From the NCBI GenBank assembly GCA_005885085.1, contig VAXY01000013.1, positions 19,463 through 53,734 on the forward strand: a stretch of DNA of 34,272 bases, given 5' to 3'. Numbering within the stretch: position 1 is the first letter of the stretch; every line of letters starts with the position of its first letter. The position numbers and the translations under genes are program-made. Positions 8,690 to 17,304 of the stretch are shown here, in pieces. The DNA comes from Actinomycetota bacterium (GTDB lineage Bacteria > Actinomycetota > Thermoleophilia > Gaiellales > Gaiellaceae). The notes beneath the pieces were generated by a model that was given only the letters and a program-made list of their open reading frames with translations, did no database searches and had not been told where the DNA came from.

Positions 8690-9283
8690 CTAGCCGAAGA
8701 CGACGACGTAGAACGCGTGGTCCGAAGGCACTGCCGCGCTGTTCCGCGTCTGAACGAACAGGTGCGTGTTCGTGTCGAAACCCGTCGGGCAGGTCAGCCC
8801 TTCGCTGCCGCCCCCGCACGGGCCGGCGGTAGTCTCCCCCCGCTGGTCGGCTACGTCGCCTGCGTAGGCGCCGGACGCAAGGATCGGATGGCCGCTCACC
8901 GCGGCGCTGAAGGTCAGGATGTAGTTGCCGGAGCTCGGATGCGCCCCGAGCGCGATGCCGCCGGACTGCGCGGCGATCCCTCCGTCAGGGCGCACGAGCG
9001 CCCACCGCAAAGTCGCGCCTCCTCCCGCGGCTCCCGCCGGGCCTGCAGGTCCCGCAGGTCCCGCCGGCCCCGCCGGGCCCACCGGCCCGATCGCGCCCCG
9101 CGGCAGCTGACCGGACTTGAAGTCACGGGCCAGCAGGCTGTGATCCTTCACCTGCACCGTCGTGACGCTGTTCCGCGGCAACGCCTTACTGGCCGCGTAC
9201 CCGGTCCCCCCGAGCACGAGTAGCAGCGCGATGCACCCGATCACCATGGCCGGGGACGGCCGCAGTCGTTTGAACCACCTCAT
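8690..9283 (-). CDS. Membrane-anchored protein with a short collagen-like G-X-Y repeat (197 aa)
   Basis: ATG 9283 is preceded by GAGGTGAGG. It has an N-terminal TM anchor (VIGCIALLLVLGG) and nine G-X-Y triplets (GAIGPVGPAGPAGPAGPAGPAGAAGGG; nt 9017-9097), then a C-terminal domain of about 110 aa. The upstream part of track ORF 8690..9439 was rejected. Confidence 0.7.
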   Translation of the reverse strand: MRWFKRLRPSPAMVIGCIALLLVLGGTGYAASKALPRNSVTTVQVKDHSLLARDFKSGQLPRGAIGPVGPAGPAGPAGPAGPAGAAGGGATLRWALVRPDGGIAAQSGGIALGAHPSSGNYILTFSAAVSGHPILASGAYAGDVADQRGETTAGPCGGGSEGLTCPTGFDTNTHLFVQTRNSAAVPSDHAFYVVVFG

Positions 9284-9371
9284 TCGCCTCACCTCACAGG
9301 GTCGTTTTCGGGCGATATCGCCGGAAACCGTAGGACGTACACCGTTAGAGCCGTGTAAAGGCCGCAGACAC

Positions 9372-10145
9372 CTATGTGCCTGAGCTCTCGGCCGCTTGCA
9401 CCGAGCGGACGAAGGTGACGAACAGCAAGCCGCCGGCAAGATTTCCCGCCACGGCCAGGCCGAGGTTCGCCAGCAGCTGCGAGAGATCGACGTCCGCGCC
9501 GTAACGCATGCCGAAGACGAGTTCGAGCGTGCTGACGATCGCGTGGTTGAACGTCCCGAGCAGGATCAGCGCCCCGGTGATCCAGGCCATCACGATGCGC
9601 ACGCCGAGGGAGTCCGCAGCGCCCTCGACGAACCAGGTCATCAGGGTCATCAGTGCGCCCGCGACGAGCGCGCTGAGGAACGACGTCAGCGTCGAGTAGC
9701 CCGCGATGTGCTCCGCGAGTGTCACCAGCGGCTCGCCGCTCCCGTCCGGAAGCACGCCGTGCGATGTCAGGATGACGGCCACGAGCACGCCGCCGAGGAT
9801 GTTGAGCACCAACGCGACGGCCCACAGCTCACCGAGCTTCAACCAGGAGCCGAGCCGGTCGCGGTCGAGGCCCGCGACGGGAATCAGGAAGTTCTCCGTG
9901 AAGAGCTCAGAACGCCCGACGACAATGAAGACGAAGCCGATGCCGAAGGCCACCGCGCCGACGAGGTGCCGTGCGCTCCCGTCGATCGTGCGCACGGCTA
10001 GCGCGTACGCCGCGACGCCGAACGCGACGTCGAAGCCGCCGACGAGCGCCGTCGCTGCCAGCTCGACTGCGGGCCGTCTGAGCCGTCGCTGCCCCTCTTG
10101 CCGCGTCTCCCGGTAGATCTGCTCCGGCTCACGCGCCGAAGGCAT
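9372..10145 (-). CDS. Formate/nitrite transporter (FNT) family channel, YfdC-like
   Basis: GRSELFTENFL and FNHAIVS motifs, six TM helices, 257 aa. The start ATG shares one nucleotide with the stop of the upstream LLM gene (TGATG). Confidence 0.8.
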   Translation of the reverse strand: MPSAREPEQIYRETRQEGQRRLRRPAVELAATALVGGFDVAFGVAAYALAVRTIDGSARHLVGAVAFGIGFVFIVVGRSELFTENFLIPVAGLDRDRLGSWLKLGELWAVALVLNILGGVLVAVILTSHGVLPDGSGEPLVTLAEHIAGYSTLTSFLSALVAGALMTLMTWFVEGAADSLGVRIVMAWITGALILLGTFNHAIVSTLELVFGMRYGADVDLSQLLANLGLAVAGNLAGGLLFVTFVRSVQAAESSGT

Positions 10146-11078
10146 CAGAGCTTAGGGAGCAGCTCGTTCTGCGCGAACGTGAGAAACCCGGCCTGGTCGG
10201 GGCCGACCTGGTGGAAATACACGTGGGTGTAACCCGCCTGGTCGTACTCCTTGATCCGGTCGAGGTACTCGTCGGGATCCGGCCCGAGTGTGAGCGTGCC
10301 CTCGAGCTCGTCCGCATTGCGGTCCTCGACGAGTTGCTCGTAGCTCCTGTGACGCCGATCCCTCCACCAAGGCATTCGGCCATACCTCGAACGCTGTCTT
10401 CTTCGCCTCGTCCTTCGACTGGGCGTAGTGGACCGTGATCTGACCGTACTTCGGCTTGCCCTTGCCGCCGCCCTGCTCGAACTTCTCGATGATCTCTTCC
10501 TCGGGCGCGACGTTCACGAGCGCGTCGCCGATCCGGCCCGCGAGCTCCGCCGCCTGCGGCTGCATCGCGGCCACCGCCACCTCGACCGGCTCGTCAGGGA
10601 GGTCGAAGATGCGCAGGTTTTCGACCGTGTAGTGCTTGCCGCGGTGTGTCTGGTACCCGCCCTGCCAGAGCAGCCGCATCACCTCGACCGCCTCTTCCAA
10701 CATCTCGAGCCGTTCGTCGGCTGCGGGCCATTTCGCCCCGAGCACGTGCTCGTTCAGGTTCTCGCCGGTACCGACACCGAGGAAGAAGCGGCCCGGCATC
10801 AGGCAAGCGACGGTCGCCGCACCATGCGCGACGATCGCCGGATGGATCCGGATCAGCGGGCAGGTCACGCCCGTGCCGATCCGGAATCTCTCCGTGGCCT
10901 GTGCGATCGAGCCGAGCACCGACCATACGAACGCGCTGTGACCCTGCGCGTTCGTCCAGGGGTGGATGTGGTCGGAGATCAGCCCGAACCCGAAGCCTGC
11001 CTGCTCCGCCGCGCGCGCATGCCGCACCAGAGCTGCAGGCGAATGCTCCTCCGAGGAGAGCGCGTAGCCAAGCTCCAC
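10145..11078 (-). pseudogene. LLM-class F420-dependent oxidoreductase (G6PD-like subfamily), reading frame broken near 10343
   Basis: The N-terminal 240 aa or so (ORF 10152..11078: ISDHIHPW, FFLGVGTGENLNEH) and the C-terminal 60 aa or so (ORF 10145..10375: YEQLVEDRNADELEGTLTLGPDPDEYLDRIKEYDQAGYTHVYFHQVGPDQ) of one family lie in frames offset by +1. Confidence 0.8.
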
Positions 11079-11139
11079 CGGCAGTCCTTACCGAGGGCTG
11101 CGATGTTTTACTCCTCTTGCGCTTGGTAGATAGCGCGCG

Positions 11140-14100
11140 ATGGGCTTCTCGAAGCTCGTCGAGTCGTGGCCGGTCGTACGGCAGTTTCGAGAGGGCGACC
11201 CGCTCGGGTTGGGCCGTGCCGTACGCTCGGAGCGCTCGCGGACGCTGACACCTCGCATCGACGAGGCAGATCAGGTGGCGCATTCGATCTGCCCGTACTG
11301 CGCCGTCGGCTGCGCCCAACTCGTGTACGTCAAGGACGGCGAGGTCGTCCAGATCGAGGGCGATCCCGCCAGCCCGGTCTCGCGCGGCCGCCTCTGCCCG
11401 AAGGGCGCTGCGTCCCAGAACTACGTCCAGAGCCCCTTGCGCGAATACAAGGTCAAGTACCGCCGGCCCTACGGAAACGCGTGGGAAGAGCTGCCGCTCG
11501 ACGAGGCGATGGACATGATCGTCGACCGCGTTGTCGGCACCCGCGAGGAGAACTGGCAGACGGAGAATGAGCAGGGCGATCCGGTGAGGCGCACGCTCGC
11601 GATCGGGAACCTGGGCGGCGCGACGCTCGACAACGAAGAGAACTACCTGATCAAGAAGCTGATGACGGCGCTCGGCGTCGTCCAGGTCGAGAACCAAGCG
11701 CGCATATGACACAGCTCCACGGTCCCCAGTTTGGGGACCTCGTTCGGCCGAGGCGGTGCGACGACCTTCCAGCAAGACCTGCAGTACTCGGACTGCATCC
11801 TGATCATGGGCTCGAACATGGCCGAGAACCACCCGGTCGGATTCCAATGGGTGATGGAGGCCAGGGAGCGCGGCGCGCAGGTGATCCACGTCGATCCGCG
11901 CTTCACCCGCACGAGCGCAATGGCGACAACGTGGGTTGGCATCCGCGCCGGCTCCGACATTGCCTTCCTCGGCGGGATCGTCAACTACATCCTCGAGCAC
12001 GGCCGCTGGTTCGACGAGTACGTCAAGACGTACACGAACGCACCGGTCCTGATCGACGAGAAGTACGAGGACACCGAGGCGCTCGACGGCTTCTTCTCCG
12101 GCTGGAACCCACAGGAGGGTCGATACGGCGAGTACGACATCACCACGTGGGCGTACGAGGGGACGGAGCCGCAGACCGCTCCCGGCTCGAAGGCGAGCCA
12201 CACCCGCGGCGAGCAGTCCGGACACGGCGGACACGGCGGCGGTCTCTCACACGGTGAGCCGCCCGAGGAGGATGAGACGCTGCGGCACCCGCGCTGCGTC
12301 TTCCAGATCCTGAAACGTCACTTCGCGCGCTACACGCCCGAGTTCGTCGCCGAGACGTGCGGCTGCACGCCGGAGGAGTTCACGGCCGTCGCGGAGGCGC
12401 TGTGCGCCAACTCCGGACGCGAGCGCACGAGCTCGATCGTGTACGCCGTCGGCTGGACGCAGCACACCGTCGGTGTCCAGATCATCCGCGCGGCGGCGAT
12501 CATCCAGCTGCTGCTCGGGAACGTCGGCCGTCCGGGCGGCGGCGTGATGGCGTTACGCGGACACGCGTCGATCCAGGGCTCCACCGACCTCGCGACGCTC
12601 TTCAACATCCTTCCGGGCTATCTCTCGATGCCGCAGTCCGACGCCAAGGGCGGCCTGAAGAAGTACATCGAGAGCGCCACCGCGCCGGCGGGCTGGTGGG
12701 GCCGGGCCGACACGTACATCGTCAGCCTGCTCAAGGCGTGGTGGGGGGCGGCGGCGACGAAGGAGAACGACTTCTGCTTCGAGTACCTGCCGAAGATCGA
12801 CGAGGACCACTCCGAGTACTGGACGTTCGTGCAGATGCTCGAGGGAAACGTCAAGGGCTACATCGTCGTCGGCGAGAACCCGGTCGTCGGGTCCGCGAAC
12901 GGGAGACTGCACGCGAAGGGCCTGACGAAGCTCGACTGGCTCGTCGTGCGCGACCTCGTCGAGATCGAGACCGCCGCGTTCTGGCAGGAGGCGCCCGACG
13001 AGATCGGCACGGAAGTCTTCTTCCTGCCGGCGTCGTCGCACGTCGAGAAGGACGGGTCGTTCACGAATACGCAGCGGCTCGTGCAGTGGCACTTCAAGGC
13101 CGTCGACGCGAAAGAGGACTGCCGTTCCGAGCTGTGGTTCTACTACCACCTCGGGCTCAAGATCCGTGAGCGGCTGAAGGGCTCGCAGGATCCGAAGGAC
13201 CAGCCGATCCTCGACCTCAGCTGGCACTACCCGACTCACGGCGAGCACAACGAGCCGAGCGCCGAGGCCGTGCTCGCCGAGATGAACGGCCGGGACGACA
13301 ATGGCAAGGCGCTGCCTGGCTACAAGCAGCTGAAGGCTGACGGCTCGACGGCGTCCGGGTGCTGGCTGTACGCGGGCATCTACGCCGACGAGGTCAACCA
13401 GGCCGCGCGCAAGAAGCCGTGCTGGGAGCAGGACTACGTCGCCGCCGAGTGGGCGTGGTCGTGGCCGGCGAATCGGAGGCTGATGTACAACCGCGCCTCC
13501 GCGGCCCCGGACGGGCAACCGTGGTCGGCGCGCAAGCAGTACGTGTGGTGGGACGCCGGGGAGAAGAAATGGACGGGCAAGGACGTCCCCGACTTCGACG
13601 AGCAGAAACCGCCGGACTACGAGCCGAGCGATGACGCGGAGGGCCCGGACGCCATCCGCGGCGACCATCCGTTCATCATGCAGTCGGACGGGCAGGGCTG
13701 GCTCTACGTCCCACAGGGGCTCCTCGACGGCCCGCTGCCGACGCACTACGAGCCGCACGAGTCGCCGTTCCAGAACCCGCTCTACAGCCAGAGCGCCAAT
13801 CCGCGCCGCCAGCGGTTCGATCGGCCCGAGGATCCGCAGAACGACCCGGATGGCTACCCGTACGTCGTGACGACGTACCGGTTGACGGAGCACCACACGG
13901 CCGGCGGCATGTCGCGGTTCGTGCCGTACCTCTCCGAGCTACAGCCCGCGATGTTCTGCGAGGTGCATCCCGAGCTGGCGCGCGAGCGCGGGCTCGTCCA
14001 CGGCGGCTGGGCGACGATCCGCACCTCCCGGGCCGAGATCGAGGCACGCGTGCTCGTCACCGACCGGATCAAGCCGGTGCGGTCGAACGGCCGCGTCGTG

Positions 14101-14227
14101 CACCAGGTCGGTCTGCCGTACCACTGGGGCTCACGACCTCGCGCACATGACGCTCGACCCGAACGTACACATCCAGGAGGTCAAGGCGCTCACGTGCGAC
14201 ATCCGGCCGGGACGGCGCACGCGATGA
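11140..14227 (+). CDS. fdhA: Formate dehydrogenase alpha subunit (molybdopterin, actinobacterial FdhA type) with in-frame UGA (Sec) at 11707-11709 and an apparent +1 frame change near 14128
   Basis: CPYCAVGCAQ 4Fe-4S motif. ENQARI-[TGA]-HSSTVPSLGTSFGRGGATT matches the active-site Cys/Sec position, and ORFs 11140..11709 and 11731.. share a frame. The C-terminal AHDLAHMTLDPNVHIQEVKALTCDIRPGRRTR* is read in the +1 frame and stops at 14225-14227, overlapping the fdhB ATG. Confidence 0.9.
11721..11739 (+). other. Candidate SECIS hairpin (GGTCCCCA gtt TGGGGACC)
   Basis: An 8-bp perfect stem with a 3-nt loop, beginning 11 nt after the UGA. This is the position expected for a bacterial SECIS. Confidence 0.5.
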
Positions 14228-15123
14228 GCGACTTCGCCACTCTCGTGGACCTCACGGGCGAGCCGGACGGTTGGTCGGAGACCTATGGCGACGAGACGCA
14301 GCCGCGCATGGGCTTCTTCACGGACACGTCGATCTGCATCGGGTGCAAGGCCTGCGAGGTGGCGTGCAAGGAGTGGAACGTGATCCCTGAGGACGGCCTC
14401 GTCTGGACCGGCGAGTCCTACGATCACACGTCGACGCTCGGCGCGAACTCGTGGCGGCACGTCGCGTTCGTCGAACAGAGGAAGCCGTTGCGCGGCGAGG
14501 ACGGCGGCGGAGACGCGCTCCGCTGGCTGATGTCGTCGGACGTGTGCAAGCACTGCACGCACGCCGCGTGCCTCGACGTCTGTCCGACGGGATCGCTCTT
14601 CCGCACGGAGTACGGCACGGTCGTCGTACAGGAGGACATCTGCAACGGCTGCGGCTACTGCGTCCCGGCCTGTCCCTTCGGCGTGATCGACAAACGCCAC
14701 CTGCCGAGGCCGGGGTCTGACCCCGCTGGGGTCAGACCCCAGGAGGACGGGCGCGTCTGGAAGTGCACGCTCTGCTACGACCGGCTCAAGGGCGGACACG
14801 AGCCCGCGTGCGCCAAGGCATGTCCCACGAAGTCGATCCAGTTCGGCGAGGTCGACGAGCTCCGCGAACGTGCCGACGCGCGGCTCGCGAAGCTCCAGGC
14901 CGAGGGTTGGAACGGACCGCAGCTGTACGGACGCGATCCCGGTGACGGTGTCGGTGGTTTCGGCGCCTTCTTCCTGCTGCTGGACGAGCCCGAGGTCTAC
15001 GGGCTGCCGCCGGATCCCGTCGTGGCGACGAAAAACTTGCCGGAGATGTGGAGCACGGCGGCAATCGCGGCTGGCGCACTCGTCGTCGGCGTGCTCGGTG
15101 CCTTCGTCGGAGGGTCCCGGTGA
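14224..15123 (+). CDS. fdhB: Formate dehydrogenase beta subunit (4x[4Fe-4S] ferredoxin-type, C-terminal TM anchor)
   Basis: CIGCKACEVACKEWN, CKHCTHAACLDVCP, CNGCGYCVPACPFG and CTLCYDRL...CAKACP cluster motifs. C-terminal helix AAIAAGALVVGVLGAFVGG. ATGA overlap with fdhA. Confidence 0.9.
   Translation: MSDFATLVDLTGEPDGWSETYGDETQPRMGFFTDTSICIGCKACEVACKEWNVIPEDGLVWTGESYDHTSTLGANSWRHVAFVEQRKPLRGEDGGGDALRWLMSSDVCKHCTHAACLDVCPTGSLFRTEYGTVVVQEDICNGCGYCVPACPFGVIDKRHLPRPGSDPAGVRPQEDGRVWKCTLCYDRLKGGHEPACAKACPTKSIQFGEVDELRERADARLAKLQAEGWNGPQLYGRDPGDGVGGFGAFFLLLDEPEVYGLPPDPVVATKNLPEMWSTAAIAAGALVVGVLGAFVGGSR
14712..14740. repeat. Dimer of the GGGGTCTGACCCC repeat (13-bp arms, loop GCT) located inside the fdhB reading frame
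   Basis: GGGGTCTGACCCC gct GGGGTCAGACCCC, translated in frame as G-S-D-P-A-G-V-R-P. Confidence 0.9.
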
Positions 15124-16037
15124 GCGAGTCGATCACGGCCGTCGGCAGCGAGATGCGGTCGTACTACGGGCGGCCGATCTTGAAGGAGCCGGTCTGGCAA
15201 CCCGAGATCCCGTGGTACCTCTTCACCGGCGGGCTTGCCGGCGCCTCGTCGATCCTCGGCCTCGCCGCCCGCGCGACCGGCAACCGGCCGCTCGCGAAGG
15301 CGGCGCTGTACATCAGCATGGCCGGGGACGCCGTCAGTCCCGCGCTGCTCGTTTCGGACCTCGGCCGCCCGGAGCGCTTCTTGAACATGTTCCGCGTCTT
15401 CAAGGTGACGTCGCCGATGAGCGTCGGCTCGTGGATTCTCGGCGCCAGCGGCGCCTCGACCACGGTCGCGACCGGCCTCGAGCTGCTCGACCGCGCCCCG
15501 CGGCTGAAGGTCGTGGCCGAGACGGTCTCGGCCGCGCTCGGCGCGCCGCTCTCCGTCTACACCGCGACGCTCGTGTCCGATACGGCCATTCCCGTCTGGC
15601 ACGAGGCACGACACGAGCTGCCGTTCGTGTTCGGCGCGAGCGCGGCGGCGAGCGCGGGCGCGGCAGCGGCGGCCGTGGTCGCGCCGGCCGACGCCGGCCC
15701 AGCCCGTCGGCTCGCGGTCGGGGGCGTCGTGGCGGAGAACGCGGCGATGCTGGCGATGGAGGCGCGCCTCGGGATGGTCGGCGAGCCGTACCACCGGGGC
15801 GAGGCCGGAAGGTACAACTGGATCGCCAAGGCGTGCACGATCGCGGGCGGCGCGCTCCTCGCGACGTCGGCCAGGCGCAGCCGGTTTGCGGCGACCGCGG
15901 GGAGCGGTCTCGTGCTCGCCGGGGAGGCGGCGCTGCGCTGGTCGGTGTTCAAGGCCGGGTTCCAGTCCGCGAGAGATCCCAGGTACGTCGTCGAGCCGCA
16001 GCGGCGGCGAAGGGAGAGGCCCGAGCAGGGCTCGTAA
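15120..16037 (+). CDS. fdhC: NrfD/PsrC-family integral membrane subunit of the formate dehydrogenase
   Basis: GTG 15120 forms a GTGA overlap with the fdhB stop. SYYGRPILKEPVWQPEIPWYLFTGGLAGAS is the NrfD-family N-terminus, followed by about 8 TM helices. The track ORF start at 15048 was rejected. Confidence 0.8.
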   Translation: MSESITAVGSEMRSYYGRPILKEPVWQPEIPWYLFTGGLAGASSILGLAARATGNRPLAKAALYISMAGDAVSPALLVSDLGRPERFLNMFRVFKVTSPMSVGSWILGASGASTTVATGLELLDRAPRLKVVAETVSAALGAPLSVYTATLVSDTAIPVWHEARHELPFVFGASAAASAGAAAAAVVAPADAGPARRLAVGGVVAENAAMLAMEARLGMVGEPYHRGEAGRYNWIAKACTIAGGALLATSARRSRFAATAGSGLVLAGEAALRWSVFKAGFQSARDPRYVVEPQRRRRERPEQGS

Positions 16038-16086
16038 AGGCTTTCGGATACGTGTTCCGTCCGGCGGCGCCGGGTAGGGCGCGGCC

Positions 16087-16536
16087 ATGACCCGGCTGGC
16101 GGCATGGCTCTCCTGGTCCGGGGGCTTGTTCGTCCTGTGGCTTCTGCTCGTCGGCACCGTCCAGGACGTCGAGCTGATCGCCGGCCTATGTGCCGCGGCC
16201 GTCGGCGCCACGGCGGTCGAGGTCGTACGGTCGCAGCGACTGCTCCGGTTCCGGGTGGAGCGGCAGTGGCTCTGGCTCGTCCGGCGGCCGCTCAGGCGCG
16301 TCGTGCCGGACTTCTTCGTCGTCCTGTCGGCGCTGGTTCGGCCTTCGCGTGGGCGGTTTCGACGGATCGAGTTCCCGACGGGCGGCGAGCGCGCCGTCGA
16401 CTCGGGCCGCCGCGCCTTCGCCGTCCTCGGCCCCTCGCTCGCGCCGAACCGGCTGGTCGTCGACGTCGATCCGGACAGCGGCGAAGCGCTCGTCCACGAC
16501 CTCGTGCCCTCGTCGGCCCCGCCCGAGCTGCTGTGA
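16087..16536 (+). CDS. mrpE: Mrp/Mnh-type antiporter subunit E
   Basis: 149 aa. N-terminal TM pair and a C-terminal LAPNRLVVDVDPDSGEALVHDL motif typical of MnhE. Starts 49 nt after fdhC. Confidence 0.75.
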   Translation: MTRLAAWLSWSGGLFVLWLLLVGTVQDVELIAGLCAAAVGATAVEVVRSQRLLRFRVERQWLWLVRRPLRRVVPDFFVVLSALVRPSRGRFRRIEFPTGGERAVDSGRRAFAVLGPSLAPNRLVVDVDPDSGEALVHDLVPSSAPPELL

Positions 16537-16784
16537 ACGTCTGGCTGTGGGGCGCGACGGCCCTGCTGCTCGGCGTCTTGCCGTGCGGCTGGGTGGCCGT
16601 GCGCGCGTCGCGCGTCGACGCGCTCGTCGGGCTGCAAACGGCCGGGACGGTCGTGACGCTGGCGCTCGTCCTGCTGGCGGAGGGATTCCACCGCTCCTCG
16701 TACATGGGCGTCGCGGTGACGCTTGCCTTCCTGTCGTTCGTCGGGACGCTGCTGATCGCGCGCTTCCTGGGAGGCCATCTATGA
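16533..16784 (+). CDS. mrpF: Mrp/Mnh-type antiporter subunit F
   Basis: GTG 16533 (GTGA overlap). 83 aa with three TM helices, of MnhF/PhaF size and pattern. Confidence 0.7.
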   Translation: MNVWLWGATALLLGVLPCGWVAVRASRVDALVGLQTAGTVVTLALVLLAEGFHRSSYMGVAVTLAFLSFVGTLLIARFLGGHL

Positions 16785-17065
16785 GCGCCCACGACGTCGT
16801 CCTCGGCGTTCTCGTCGGCGCGGCCGTCGCGGGCGAGCTGCTCTGCTGCATCGGGCTCGTCGTGATGCGCGACGTGTACGACCGCCTGCACTACGCGATG
16901 GCCGCGTCGGCTGTGCCGCCGTTTCTGGTGGCCGCAGCAGTGCTTGTGGAGGAGGACTGGACGCAGCCCGGCATCAACGCTCTGCTGATCGCCGTCGCGC
17001 TGTTCTTCGTCTGTCCGGTTCTGGCACACGCGACCGCGCGGGTCGCGCGAACCCGGCGTCGATGA
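16781..17065 (+). CDS. mrpG: Mrp/Mnh-type antiporter subunit G
   Basis: ATG 16781 (ATGA overlap). 94 aa. The VMRDVYDRLHYAMAAS motif resembles the MnhG PDxxxRxHA signature. Confidence 0.7.
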   Translation: MSAHDVVLGVLVGAAVAGELLCCIGLVVMRDVYDRLHYAMAASAVPPFLVAAAVLVEEDWTQPGINALLIAVALFFVCPVLAHATARVARTRRR

Positions 17066-17304
17066 TTCCGCTGCAACTCGTCACGATCGCCCTGGTCGGG
17101 CTCGGCGGACTCGCGGTCGTGACGTCGCGAGACCCGTTGCGGCAGACGATCGTCGCCGGGCTCTACGGCCTCGTGCTCGTCGTCCTGTTCGTGGTGCTCC
17201 AGGCCCCGGATGTCGCTCTGTCGGAGCTGGTCGCCTCGACGGTTGCGTTTCCGTTCATCGTGCTCGCGGCGCTCGCGAAGCTGCGCGACCGCCGTCGCGA
17301 ATGA
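17062..17304 (+). CDS. DUF4040-type subunit (MbhD / MrpA C-terminal-like)
   Basis: ATGA overlap. 80 aa. QAPDVALSELVAS matches the APDVALTEA signature of DUF4040. Confidence 0.7.
   Translation: MIPLQLVTIALVGLGGLAVVTSRDPLRQTIVAGLYGLVLVVLFVVLQAPDVALSELVASTVAFPFIVLAALAKLRDRRRE

Noticed and set aside
9311-9322. GGCGATATCGCC perfect 12-nt palindrome between the FNT gene and the collagen-like gene
   Set aside because: It is short, has no loop, gives only a 4-bp usable stem as a hairpin, and has no second copy in the window. I cannot distinguish it from chance.
11707-11709. TGA read as a genuine stop, splitting fdhA into a 189-aa protein and a separate downstream protein
   Set aside because: The same frame continues, the position aligns with the catalytic Cys/Sec, and a hairpin follows at SECIS distance.
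11731-15123. 1130-aa ORF that looks like a single giant FdhA-FdhB fusion protein
   Set aside because: The stretch linking the two halves (SRPRAHDARPERTHPGGQGAHVRHPAGTAHA) is Arg/Pro-rich nonsense. The conserved FdhA C-terminus is in the +1 frame and stops at an ATGA overlap with the fdhB ATG. The fusion is a by-product of the frame break near 14128.
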